This document shows positions 50,817-64,000 of a stretch of DNA of 64,000 nt, piece by piece. Under the pieces are notes generated by a model. That model did no database searches. It was not told the origin of the DNA and saw only the letters and a program-made list of their open reading frames with translations. The DNA is taken from positions 46,438,001 to 46,502,000 of the forward strand of contig OX597837.1 in assembly GCA_951406725.2 (NCBI GenBank), written 5' to 3'. How positions within the stretch are numbered: the first letter of the stretch is position 1; each line of letters opens with the position of its first letter. The DNA comes from Octopus vulgaris (taxonomy: Eukaryota). The position numbers and the translations under genes were made by a program.

Positions 50817-52591
50817 AATACTACCACTCGACCACCACCACCTATACCAATATCATCACCCCACTAATATCATTACTATCCCCCCAAATGCCACTACGAC
50901 CACTATAACCAAAACCACCACTACTACTCCACCACTAATTATACTACCACCACCACCATAATCACCAAAACCGCCTCCACCACCAAAATAAGTTCAAGTA
51001 CATTCCCAAAAAGGCTAAACTGACATTTCTTCTTAAATAGGAAGAAAATAGAGATTGACCTAGAATCTAACATTCCATCTGTTGAATGAATATCAAATCT
51101 TGTTATGAAAACAACCAAAGACAACGAAATTATTAAGTTTTTTTTTTTCAAATAAAGAAATCAGAGTTAAATTAACAACAGCTCTTCTTTAATTTGAAAT
51201 TCAAAATTCAAATTTTAATTTATATTCAGCAGATACAAATTTATTCTTGAGATGGAGAATTAAAATAGAATATGTCTTCAATTTTCCTCCTCCTCCTCTT
51301 CATCATCAGTATAACCACAAGCACCAACCACCACCACCATCATCATCATCATCAGCAGCAGCATTGTTCATCATTGCCATTCTACAGTTTTTAACTGAAT
51401 CATCAGCAATATTTCTCTCTTCCATTAACCATTTCTGTTTGTAGACATTTCTTTTTCATGAGATTTATATAATCTTTAGATTGTTGTATTTAATTACCTA
51501 ATTATCTTGAAATAGTCACACATTTGTAAACGAGATGTAAATCAGGAGAAAGAAAAGAAGAACAATTTTAAAAATCTTTTCTTCTTGTGATTGCTTTTAT
51601 GATCCTATGACAGTTGACTGGTAGACCTATGATACAAGACTCTCCTCCCATGACCATCCCATCTTTTTATATAAGCAGGCTGTGTGATTAAGAAGCTTAT
51701 TTCCTAACCATGTGGTCTCAAGTTCAATCTCACAGAATGAAAACCTTGGGCAAGTGTCTTCTATGATAGCTTCAGGCCAACCAAAGCCTCGTGAGTGAAT
51801 TTGGCAGAAAGAAGCTGAAACGATCCCAAATATATATGGAGAGAAGGGGGAAAATGAGGGGAGAGAGAGAGAGAGGAAGAGAGAAAGAGACAGACAGAGA
51901 TGTAAGCATGTGTGTGTGTTACCTCTTTGCCTTGATATTGCATGAAAGTTGTAAACGAGTGTCACTGTCATTTTTCTGATTCCAATTATTGAACTGTGGC
52001 AGTGCTAGGCACCACCTCCAAGGATTTAAGATCAATCTGTTGACTAGGATTTGCAACAGTTTGAGAGCATTGGGTTCAAATAAAAAAATTGCTCAGACCT
52101 TGAAGACCTGTCCAACTATCAGAAGAGGACATAAAGGAAATGAAAATAAGGAAGAGGACAAACCCATCCACACAGAGTTAAATAGGTTGCTTCATTGACA
52201 TAGTTTACATATCATTCTTGTGATGTAATCTTTTCCCAGCTAAACCCAATTTCATCAAATTAAACTGATCCTAGAGGGAATTCTTAAATATTATTCAAGG
52301 AATGTAGAACAAGTGAACCCAAAGGACCAGTCTTTAGTGACATGGAAACAAATATTAATCCACAGTTGGAAATATTTCTTTTTTTTTTTTTCTCTATAAA
52401 AAGTGAAGGATGATCTTTCATAAAGTTTCTTGCATTCTAGAAGAAAAAGAAAAAGTAGAAAAGAAGAAGAGAGATGGAAGTAAGGAGATAGACAAAAAAA
52501 TTTAAAAGAAAAACAAATGAGGAATTTGCCTCTTCCAAGCGATTTGCCACATAGCTACATTTGCTAAAATTTGTTTTCATTTTTATTCCTG

Positions 52592-52623
<32 letters not shown>

Positions 52624-53359
52624 TTGTCGGTTGAAATGACTAAATTACCCCTCCACTACAACTGCCACCCCAGTATTACCACCACCAGCCCCTAAGACAT
52701 ATTTCAAATTTCAGTCATAGAAGTAACTGGATGAATGTTTATAAAAGGTAAATTTACAAGGATTCTCATCACTAAGATATTTTAACTTTCAGAAATAGGA
52801 AAAGGCAACATTTTTCTCTCTCCTATTTTTAACCCTTTCTTCCTCATCTCCACCCGTACACCTTAAATTACAATGTGTACAGAGACGTGTGTGTGTGTGT
52901 GGACATGTGTATTTATACAAACACTCTATGTGAACATGTGCTTGAGCTTAATTTGCTGTTTTCATGCCATCAAATGCATATGGATTGATTTGCACTTTAA
53001 GCATATGTAGGTGCTTAAATGTGTGTATGTATTTGAATGCACTTAAGTTTCCATGGTTCCTTAAAAGTGCATGGAATATACGTGTGTATAAATGTTCATT
53101 TGGATTACATATGCAAAATTGCTTAAAAAGGCAAGTGATCGTATGTGTGTTGTATGAGTGTGCGCGCATGCTCACGTGCATTAATCATTTGTGGTTGCTT
53201 AAATGTGAGTGTGTCTGTGTGTGCACCTGCACCTAAAAATTCATGAATGTATAGCTATGCATGTCTACACCTGTGTATGTATGTTTATATATGCAATGAG
53301 TTTTAAAGGCTGTGCATTTGTGCATGTCATTTTAGATATATATATGTATGTGTGGGTTA

Positions 53360-53745
53360 GGGAAGAAGCTGTGGACCAAGAGGTCTCGTAGGTTGTGGGC
53401 TCATATGAAGGGGAGAGGAAGGGTCGGTTAGGGAAGATGTGCGTAGTGGAGGGGTCGGACTGAAGTCACCGGAAGGCTCGGAGAATGGTGCATTGGAGAG
53501 GCAGGGTGGTAGGTGAAAGGAAATGGGAGACAGGTTCAGTGAGAGAGAGCAGATGAATGGTCCACAGAACGTGCTCTGGCAAGGGCTGTGTGGATAGTGG
53601 TGAGGGGATATCCACGTAGGATGAAGTGGTGAGCCATGAGTTGAAACTGAGTCTCAAAGTCATGGTCGTCACTACAGAGCCTGCGTAGACGGATGAATTG
53701 GGAATAGGGGATGGAAAGCTTGGTGTGTTTAGGGTGGGAGGAAGG
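53360..53745 (-). mobile_element. Penelope-like element RT thumb/linker fragment
   Basis: Manual translation: SSHPKHTKLSIPYSQFIRLRRLCSDDHDFETQFQLMAHHFILRGYP...PFTYHP...LQSDPSTTHIFP...NLRDLLVHS, with stops and frameshifts. Confidence 0.85.
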
Positions 53746-53918
53746 GAAGTATATATATAGGACAGACTTCTTTCAGTTTCCGTCAACCAAATCCACTGAC
53801 ATGGTTTTGGTCAGCCAAAGGCTATAGTAGAAGACACTTGCCCAAGGTGTCATGCAGTGGGACTGAACCCAGAACCATGCGGTTGCGTAGCAAGCTTCTT
53901 AGCACAGTCACACCCACA

Positions 53919-53960
<42 letters not shown>

Positions 53961-54063
53961 CATACATACATACATATGCATACATACATATATATATGCA
54001 TACATACACACATACATACACATACATACATACACACATACATGCATACACACACCCACCCAC

Positions 54064-54164
54064 TATATATTTGGTCCTCACTTCAGCTTTATTACAATTA
54101 TCTTAGTTTCTTAGTCAGAGTTCTGTTGTCATAAAATAAAGCTGAAGTGAAGACCAAATATATA
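54064..54164. repeat. Fold-back element: 30-bp arms with one mismatch and a 41-nt spacer
   Basis: TATATATTTGGTCCTCACTTCAGCTTTATT (54064-54093) and AATAAAGCTGAAGTGAAGACCAAATATATA (54135-54164). Confidence 0.9.
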
Positions 54165-54829
54165 CGGTGCATGTCTTTAACTAGCAAATATGATCTTCCC
54201 CAAGTGTAACAATAATGTTAAAATTATTAGCTGAAATGATATCATTACAGACAACTATAATAATATTGATTGGGGTGGGATAAAAATGTCTTAAGGATGG
54301 CAAGAGAAGGCAGTAGCAACTTCAGTGAGCTTTCAAAGTCAGTGAACCTGATAGGATAAAGTGAGACCCAACACTCTACAAACAGTAATTTAAGTCACTA
54401 TTAAATGCTAAATACCAGTAGCTATTGGCTAAATTGCTATTAAAACTGACTTTTAAAAACACTTAAGGAAAAAAACCATTACCCTTTACTCAACATTGAA
54501 TCTGACTTCTTACTACTGAAAATTTTTCAAGCCACCCATGTACATAAAAATGGTTTTCCGATATTTCAGCTCTGGTCAGTGATTATTCCACTGAATAAGC
54601 CAGCCACCCCTAACCTATCTACCATCAACCCTCAACAACTACCATTTCCATTGCCACTATCACCACCACCACCATCGACATCTTCCCAATTTCTTTGAAA
54701 TATCTATTCCTCCCTCCTCTCTTTCTATTCAATTCAATTCAATACTTTACACTCTGGAAATGATGTGCTGGCAACCTGAAATCTCTTTTGATGTTAAGAA
54801 ATGTAGAAAGAGATCTACAAAAACAAATA

Positions 54830-54879
<50 letters not shown>

Positions 54880-55688
54880 TACACATAGACATATGACAAA
54901 CATGTAAAACTGGAATTGTGTCTAAAGGTACCACTTAGTCATTCAGTGAATAGACTGATAAAATAAGTACCAGACTGAAATACTGAAAGTAGTTATGGTT
55001 GACTAAAACTCCTTGAAAGCCATGTCCTAATATGGACATAGTCCAATGGCTGAAACTAGTCAAAAGAATAGCAGAATGCAACCACAGACCAATAGGCAGA
55101 TCAAAGAACAGACAGACAGATAGACAGACAGACAGACAGACAGATAGATAGATAGATATTCGGGAATGTGTAAGTTGCATTTATGCATTGTTTTTGTGTG
55201 TCAGGTAAAAAGAGTAGGCACTTTGAATTGCAGGTACAAGTCCATCTAAAAGGCTTCTTCAGTTTCCATCTGCTCATTTCACTTGAGGACAAGGATCACA
55301 CCAGAGGACAAGATACTTCCACGCAACAGAATCAAGCCCGAGACCTTAAGATTGTGAAACAAACATACAAACTTCATCAGTTGACTGAGTTCTTGGTTTT
55401 TTGTTTTCCACTACTTGCTAAGCCGGTCAAAGCTACAAAGTCATTTCAACAACATTCTTGTATAAAAAATAATAAATTTGTACTCTACAACGTAAAACAA
55501 ACATCAACATACATACATACATATATATATATACACACACTGGGAGCAAGAAATACATACACATGGTATGTATATTCATATGTACATTTAAATATGCATA
55601 TAAATCTATATATTAATCCATGTATTATATACACATATTACACGCACACACCTCTCTTTCTCTCTATATATAAACACACACACACGTG

Positions 55689-55731
<43 letters not shown>

Positions 55732-57403
55732 ATGTGTGCATACTCACCTATACACCTGTCAATACAATCCCAAGTTTATATTACTGTTCTAAAATTTATA
55801 TCAACAGACATTCACGTCTGTTGGAAACATTAGGGATACATTATCCTATGGCAAGAGTATAAATACCCTCTCCCTGCATAAATGAAAGCTACACACACAC
55901 ACACTAGACTCTCTCTCATTTTCTCCTTATCAAGAAGTGTCTGCACATGAATAAAATGACTTCCAAGCTAAACAACAAAGACTATTTGCCATCAAAGATT
56001 CCAACAAAAATTACAAGTCACAGCACAGGACACACTGTTTTATTCTTTGAATGGTTTCATTCATTCGGATGTGGATATAGTGGACCACTTACCTTTTCAA
56101 GGTTTTGGGCCAATTAGATCTGACCCTGGTACTTTTTCTGGTTCTTACTTAATTGTCATAGAACACAAAATGCAAACTGAAGAGATGACTTGGTCAAATA
56201 AAAATCACATCAGATATTTCTGTTTCAATGCACAGGTTTTCATTGCCTGTAGATTTGTATGCATAGAGAGATTTACAGATAGAGAGGACTCATTAGTCCC
56301 ACCAAAGACAAGACTGCACCTCTAGTGACAATGCCACAATGAAATACAATCATTACACTAGGTAATGTGGTTGTTATTGTTGTTGTCAGGAAGGGCATCC
56401 AGCCATAGAAACCATGATGAAAATGGAACGTATGAGCGAGATGCACCATATTTGATGGTATTTAAACCATTATTTACTACACCATCAACATCACCACCAC
56501 CACCATCATTTTACATCCACTTTCCACACGGGCATGGGTTGGACAGTTCATGACAGTCTGAGTCGGTTCTTATTTAGAGACCCTCGTACCATCTTGCTGT
56601 GGTCTTTCTACTAGAAAATTTTGTTGTTTTTGCATTCACAGACACTGATTGAATCAGCAGCACAATGGAAAGGAAGGTGCAGTGAGAAGTAGCAGCTTGA
56701 GAAACTGTTAGACATGTACTGAGAGAGAAAAACAAATGTTTTGTTTTTTTTTTTAGGTATCTAAGCATTATTTAGATGTGTGTGTCTAATAAATAATTGC
56801 AACAGAACAAAGTCTGCTTCAGGCCTTAAGGTCACATTCACCCATTGCTTATCTTCGGAATCAATATTTTCAGGTGTAACTCAAAACAAACCATTCACCT
56901 TGAACACCATTTAAAGCTATGTTTCGCTATGTTAGAATCAGAAATATGGAATTCCTTTCTGAATCAGAAATTACCAAAACTATCATTACATGGCTTCAGT
57001 TTTGCCCTTAATCTTGATTCGTTTGTCAACTAAATTGAATGAATAAATAGGTAAATGTTTATTTATTGTATTCCTTTATATGCCAAGGTATATTACCAAT
57101 ATCACCCATGTATATATGATGGGGTTCTTTTAGATTTTGTCAACCAAATCTACACACAAGGCTTTGGTTGGCCTGGGGCTATAGAAAAAGACACTTGACC
57201 AAGTTGCCATGCAGTGGGACTGAACCCTAAACTTTGTGGTTGGGAAGCAAATTTCTTACCACACAGCCATGCCTGCACTTGGGATTACTTACTTTTAGAA
57301 TGACAGTTGCTATGATGAGTGAAAAGTCTAAAGTTTTGGGCTCTTGTATTTCAATGGTACCTTCTAGAAGGGGCTCAGGCTAACAAACTAACAGATGGAA
57401 ACT

Positions 57404-57634
57404 TTAACTGTTTTATTACCATATCCCAGTTAACATACACTGCCTTTGCTTCAATTAATTTTTAACATAATGAAGCATTTTGTAAAATAACTTTCTCATT
57501 ATTAAGATGGGGCCTGGAACAAATCAGTACAAAATTTTGATGGAAGGTTATATAATTTAGAGCACTTTAAACCAGTAAAGTTTATGTTATAGAACCTGGG
57601 ACAGTTTCAAGTGGGCTGATATCAAAAGGCTTAA
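57404..57634. mobile_element. Older TTAA-flanked MITE (second family)
   Basis: TTAA at both ends (TTAACTGTTTTATTACC ... GATATCAAAAGGCTTAA); related sequence lies at 23941-24070 and 35665-36086. Confidence 0.5.
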
Positions 57635-58244
57635 GAAGACTGTCATTTGTGTGTGTGTGTGGCTATGTATCTTCTTATCTTGACATTTATGCTCTGCTTA
57701 AAAAGATGTGTCATATAACTGTCATTGTTTATAATCTGCTGGGTAACCATGTTTAGCCACTGAGTATGTTGTTGGTAGGACTGGGAAAAGAGTACCTTAC
57801 TTGGAAACAAATGAGAGACAGCAACAAGAGGAGTATCCATCTATAGAAGAGAAAAAACTGCTTCAATATCATTCCAGCATCATCATGATAATGATGATGA
57901 TGTTGATGACAGTAGTAGTGATGAGGAGGAAGATGTAGCGTTGCACTAGAAACTGATATATTTCTCATTGTTTACAATTAGTAAGCTTTATATCATAAAA
58001 TCCAGTTGTTTACTTGCAAGTCAATTCTGATCAAGCAGCTTCGTGGTCAAAGTCTTTCCTTTTAATGACTTACCATCCTATCTTTTCTTCAGATGTATTT
58101 AGGGCTACAATACTAAGATGTGATTTGAAGGAGACTTAACAGCTATTTGTAGCAGGTTAAGCAACCATGCAGATGCTCTGAGCTTTTCCAGTGGAATCTA
58201 TTTATTACAAGATGGACAAGAGACAATGATGAGATGTGTAACAC

Positions 58245-58682
58245 GGCAGAGAGCTGGCAGAATCGTTAGCACACCATGCGAAAAGTTTAGCGGTATTTCA
58301 TCTGGCAAGCTGGGTGAAATGCTAAGCGGTATTTCATCTGCCATTACGTTCTGAGTTCAAATTCCACCGAGGTCAACTTTCATCCTTTCGGGGTCGATAA
58401 ATTAAGTACCAGTTACGCACGGGAGTCGATGTAATCGACTTAATCCGTTTGTCTGTCCTTGTTTGTCCCCTCTGTGTTTAGCTCCTTGTGGGTAGTAAAG
58501 AAATAGGTATTTCATCTGCCGCTACATTCTGAGTTCAAATTCCGCCGAGGTTGACTTTGCCTTTCATCCTTTTGGAGTCGATTAAATAATTACCAGTTAT
58601 GCACTGCGGTCAATGTCATCGACTTAATCCCTTGTTTGTCCTCTCTATGTTTAGCCCCTTGTGGGCAATAAAGAAAGAAATA
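58245..58682 (+). mobile_element. Partial-dimer SINE family A with a single 8-bp TSD
   Basis: TGTAACAC at 58237-58244 and 58688-58695; the body restarts at internal GGTATTTCATCTGCC at 58506. Confidence 0.85.
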
Positions 58683-59288
58683 TTACATGTAACACAATCT
58701 AACAAGAAAGGGGATAGAATACTAAATAAATATAAAAAATATTAAATTTGTTCAAAGAAAAACTCATTAATTCTTTGAATTTCTCTTTTTTTTTTTCATA
58801 TGACACTCAAATTAATTTTACAGAATTAAAATAATTAAAATATGCATTTTTCTTATCTATTTTTGTTGGAAGGATTCCAGCTTAAGATGAAGATTATTTT
58901 TTTCATTAGAATTAATATGCAGAAATAATTTATCAATATATTGGGAGCACTGAAGATTAAAATCAACATAAGAGAATGGAAATGAAAATGAGCCCTGGGA
59001 GATTTGAATTCAAGAGAATGAAATACCAAAACAGATTCAGGCATTCAGCCTGATTTTTATAATGATCTCTCACATTGGCATTGATAGCCACAAATTTAAA
59101 GACAGATTCACAGTCAAATGTGATCAACCTCACTACATGACTGGTACTTATACCCTGACCTCCTAGAATAATAAAAGACGAAAGTCAGGATCACCATGAT
59201 TTTAACTCCAAATGTAAAACTAATAATTTTGAGGTAGTTTTGTCAATGCTCTTCTATATTTTTTTTATCCCAACTGTCTTTCTAATAA

Positions 59289-59637
59289 CTAGCAGGCGTA
59301 CCCAGCATTGCCCGGGGCTGTTTGTTAAGTATGCCTGGTCAACGCAGTCTCCCACGAAGTAGAGCTGAATAAACTGAGGCAAAGCAGCATTATGCGGCTG
59401 CAGGGAACCAATTCTTTAGGAAATCTGCCCCTGCACTTTAAAGCAAGGCTTGAAATACCCATCTCCAGCTGGGTGTGTGTCACGTTTTTCGCTGGCTCAT
59501 TTATGTTGGGGCCGCAGAATTTCGAGGGAAAAGTTTTAAGAAAAAGCGTCCTATGTCAAAGAGAGCACACATGTCAAAAGTGGTGAAATTCAGTTGAAAA
59601 TTGTCAGAGTAGACAACTTGCCTTTTAATATATAAGA
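59289..59637 (-). mobile_element. Non-autonomous Helitron (349 bp)
   Basis: Minus strand A|TCTTATATATTAAAA ... hairpin CCCGGGCAATGCTGGG ... CTAG|T. Confidence 0.85.
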
Positions 59638-60525
59638 TAATGATGATGATAATGGTTTCAATGTTTAGCACAAGGCCAGCAGGTTCAGGGAGAGGTAAGT
59701 CGATTACACCAGCCCCAGTACTCAACTGGTACTTATTTTATTGACCCCAAAAGGGGAGAAAGCAAAATCAACCATGACAGCATTTGAACTTTGAACATAA
59801 AGACAGATGAAATGCCAGTAAGCATTTTTCTCGACATGCTAACGATACTTCCAGCTCACTGTCTTAATAATGATACTAATAATGGTTTCTGATGCTGATA
59901 CAAGGCTAGAAATTTTGAGAGTAGAGTTTGGTGGATTCCATCAACCCCAGCCATTGATTAGTATTTCATTTGGTTAACTCTGGAGGGATAAAAAGCTAAG
60001 TTGATCATCAAGGCAAAACAATTACTGCAAGATATTTTGTCTAAACCTGTAATAATTCTACTAATCTACTAATCCACTCCCTAGAAGAGGAGGACGACGA
60101 CAATGACAAAAATGTCAACAAGGACTTATTACCAATAAGTAAGGAAATAACTATTCAGTCACTTGTTCAGCTAGAAATAGCAGCCAAATTTCCCTCAAAT
60201 TACCACCACATATCCATTTTTAGAACTACATTTTTTATGTATTAGCTTTGAAATTATTGTCAAGCATCTCCATTAGAAATTCAGTAGCAAAATTAAAAAA
60301 AAAAAACTAGTGTCAATTACTGTGTGTGTGTGTGTGTGTGTCGAATTTAATAGTTATTTTTCCACACTGTTATGAATTAATCATGTATTATCTTCTAACT
60401 TTGAGATTTAGATGGTGTGATAGTTTACTTTTAGAATGACGTTGCAGAGTAGGTGTGAGAGATCAGATCTGGCCAGTTTTAATATAAAACTAGTAGAATA
60501 TTTGGGCCAGATATGGTGAGTTTAA

Positions 60526-60745
60526 CCCTTTAGAGTTCAGAATACTCTGTTAAATGTAATGCTTTTTCACTCAAATTGCTTTGAATTAATCCTGCATTAT
60601 CTTATAGCATTGAGGTTTCAATGATGTGAATATTTATTTTTAGAATGTCAATGTAGGTTAGGTGTGAGAGGCTAGATATGGCTAGTTCAAATATAAAACC
60701 AGTAGAATATTTGGGCCAGATATGGTCAGTTTAAATGCTATAGGG
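60526..60745. mobile_element. TTAA MITE abutting a truncated copy of itself
   Basis: Begins at TTAA|CCCTTTAG, where the TTAA (60522-60525) is the subterminal TTAA of the preceding copy. Confidence 0.8.
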
Positions 60746-62274
60746 CTAAGTGGACTTGATTATTTGATAAGCAGATATCTATAAAATAAGTAGCGGATAA
60801 AGTATCCGACAAACCTTTGAAGGCAGTGTTTCAGCATGGCTGCAGTCCAGTGAGTAAAACCAGCAAAACAAGGAAAGAATACAAAATCTATAAGCTGTTA
60901 GTCCAATATCTTAACCACTTGACCACTCCAGCTGCAAAGAAGGGTCCAATCAGAAGAAGAATCATAATATGGAATTTGAAGAACAGAGACACATTGTTCT
61001 ACTGCAGGAACTCTTGGGTGTCTACAGTCTTCATTTGGTTACACAAGCAATCAATATATTCAGTGTTGCATCCACAATACCCTCAAGGTTGCTATTGTTG
61101 CAGCTTGAGAATTTGCTGTTGAAAAATTTTAACTTCTTCATAATAGCTTTTTTATTGATTTTTCTTCTTGTACCAGTGGTGTGTAGTAAAAATTCACATG
61201 ATATATAATTAAACAAACTGAGATTGGTTTTCCACTCTGTGTGTGAGAGAGAGAGAGGGGGGGCAGGGAGAGAGATAGAGTGAGTTTGTGCCAAGCCAAC
61301 TGCCAGAAGTAGTTGGACAAAATGGATTTAATTACATCTTTTTATGAGTTCAAATCACACCAACGTCAACTTTAACAGCCATACAGAATTGTCAGAATAA
61401 TTTCTAACTACAAGGCACAGAGATGGCTATGTGGAAAAGGAGTTTGCTTCATGAACTCATGGTTTGGGGTTCAGTTCCATTGTGTGACACTTGAGCAAGT
61501 GACATCTACTGTAGTCCTAACATCCTTGCACGCTTCTCGTTTTATCCAAAAATAGCCCACACTTCCATTATAATTTTATAAGTTATGAGATTATTATTAT
61601 TATTATTATTGAGGCAGTGAGCTGGCAGAATCATTAGCATGCTGGGCAAAATGCTTAGCAGCATTTCATCCATCTTAAAGATGTTCTCAGTTCAAATTCC
61701 GCCAAGGTCAACTTTGCCTTTCATCCTTTCGGGGTCTTACATATTGGGGTCGATGTAATTGATTTACCCCCTCCCCAAAGTTTCTGGCCTTGTGCTATAG
61801 TAGAAAGGATTATTATTATATGCAGGTGTGGCCATGTGGCTGAGAAGTTTGCTTTCCAACCGCAAGATCTCAGGTTCAGTCCCACCATGCAGCATGTTGG
61901 GCAAGTGTCTTCTGCTATAACCATCCTATATTTTTCTATATCCATGACTGCACTGCCTTGTGAATGAAATTGAGTAAATTGTAGAACTATGTGAAAACCT
62001 GTCAAACAAACTGTATCAATAATTTCAATGGGTCACAATTGTTACACATGACATGTTGCTATTGTTTTTGTACGGCATTTCTCACAGTTCTACATTTACA
62101 CTTGAAATCCGACTTGCCTAACTCTGCCTGAGAATTGCATTAAGGTTACAAATATTTGTGAAATACTTAGACTTGTACTCTGTAATTCAGTGAGGTGGTG
62201 GTTCTGTTGATCAAAAAGAATACTCCTCACTAAACTAACAGAGAATTGATTTTACCATCTGTCCGTCAGCTTAT

Positions 62275-62495
62275 CCCTTAAGCATTCAGATTACTCTATC
62301 AAATGTAATGCTTATTTGTTCACATTGTTATAAATAAATCAGGCATTGTCTCATAACTTCAAGATTTCAAACAATGTGATTGTTTATTTTTTAGAATGAC
62401 AATGTAGGATAGGTGTGAGAAGCCAGATCTGGTTGGTTGAACATAAAGCAGGTAGAATATTTGGGAGGGACATAGCTGGTTTGAATGCTAAAGGG
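62275..62495. mobile_element. TTAA MITE, full length
   Basis: TTAT|CCCTTAAGCATTCA ... TGAATGCTAAAGGG|TTAA. Confidence 0.85.
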
Positions 62496-63246
62496 TTAAG
62501 GGTGTATGTCATTGTATACCTTTATTCCTTTCTATTCCACCAAACCACTGCCCTGGGACGGGACTTCATTTATCTCAGTAGAATGTGAACGCAGAACACA
62601 TAGAACCAGAACAAATACTGCAAACCATTCTAATACTATGCCATTTCACTGCAACATATAAATGTTTGTATGGATATACAATATAGATTAACAATATAGA
62701 TTTGTTGACTGTTGGCAAATAAGTGCCAGTTGTTTGTTTGTATGTTATACACATTTCACTTCATTTATATTGATAATTTTGATGCAGTTGCTGTTGATTC
62801 CATCTTATATCGATGGAATGTAGTGCTATATTATCCAATGTATCTTTCCTTTTGTTTTTAAGACACTATTATGTGATTTGACAGAGAACAGGCTGTTCTT
62901 TCCGACAACTCCAGTGATAATGTAGAGATCCCTTTGTTAGTTCATATTCGGGCAATTGGTGTGATTCAGAGTTTGAATTTCAGTTGGCTGAAGATTATTG
63001 CACAACACAACAGGAAGAAAGGGATTTAGAGAGAATTGTAAATTAAAGTTTTGATGAAGTGAAAATATTCATTACCACTCTGTTGCAAACATTCAGACCA
63101 ATGAGAACTTCATATCCTAATGTATTGCTTAACACTAGAGCAACCCACAAGTCATAGTTTCTTCTCCCATCCTCTTTCCTCTTCCAGTCATAGAATACCA
63201 GCAAAAAAAAATGTAATGGACACTACCCAACCCCATCTTACATAAC

Positions 63247-63608
63247 CAGTGGTCCTCAAGTTTTTATGGTGCATTGAATGTCAGCTAAAAAAATTTGCTG
63301 GTGCACTTAGCAGATTTCATGCTATGTAAAAAAAATTACTAGCATGTTTTGCTTAGAAAATCTTTTTTTAAAAAGCTGTCTTCGAGTAAAAAATTTTTTT
63401 CAAATACAGAAAACTATTCCTTACCTTTTTTTTTTTACATTAATCATACCTTCATGATGCAAACTTATAAATAACACATTCTTCATGATGTGCACATATT
63501 AATAAGGATTTTCCAAAGCCTTAAATTATATTTGTTAAAATCTGTGACACACCTTGATAGTATTTGCAGCACACCAGTGCACTGTAGTGCACAGTTTGAA
63601 AATCATAG
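63247..63608. mobile_element. Decayed hAT-like MITE
   Basis: Left end CAGTGGTCCTCAA; right end GTTTGAAAATCATAG (degenerate inverse). Confidence 0.45.
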
Positions 63609-64000
63609 ATTAAATTACAAAGGTATTTAATTACAATTGTTTATGCTTTGGAGGTCAATCTTATACCCCTACTTTGCAGGTTAGTAACCTTGTACCAGTG
63701 TGGGGAGTCAATTATATAATCTACCTGAAGATAGTTTTGTGATCTGACCATGTGTTTCTGCACAAGATATACTTATTTACAGCTAAATGGACTGAGAAGG
63801 AATTTAGTGTCTTGCCCACTGGGCACTCTTGAAATGTCAATTCTTTTGATTAGGAGACGGCTTATCTTATGGAGTAAACCAGCTGCAACTTTATACTGCT
63901 AATTAATGAATATGATTTATAATTGTCACTATGTATGACAATATTTAAATATCTCATTCCTCAAAGCAAATAAAATTACCAAACTCTTTCACAAACTCTC

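Noticed and set aside
1-64000. Most listed ORFs (His/Thr/Ile/Tyr/Cys/Val-rich, or overlapping SINEs)
   Set aside because: They derive from CA/TA/CAT/CAC microsatellites or from SINE and antisense TE sequence, and show no recognisable domains.

Overview
AT-rich, microsatellite-dense eukaryotic (animal) DNA, most likely intergenic or deep intronic. The repeat content points to an octopod cephalopod (inference): a CORE-like tRNA-SINE, a second tRNA-SINE, RTE/CR1/Penelope fragments, mariners, TTAA MITEs and Helitrons. I recognise no intact host protein-coding gene. Nearly all listed ORFs are low-complexity or antisense artefacts, and the recognisable protein motifs all belong to decayed transposons. 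The most interesting non-TE signals are RNA-structure-like. (1) A ~170-bp inverted duplication across ~1 kb (25309-26309) has a 57-bp uninterrupted core helix covering the 3' end and splice donor of a candidate 49-nt exon, an architecture resembling ADAR editing-complementary sequences. (2) A hairpin at 13408-13616 has only G-U as non-Watson-Crick pairs, with two competing 5' arms. (3) A minimal hammerhead-ribozyme motif lies at 8804-8864. (4) Two near-perfect short fold-backs lie at 45436-45488 and 54064-54164. All functional interpretations are hypotheses, family names come from remembered motifs rather than database searches, and TE boundaries are approximate unless TSDs or termini are quoted.
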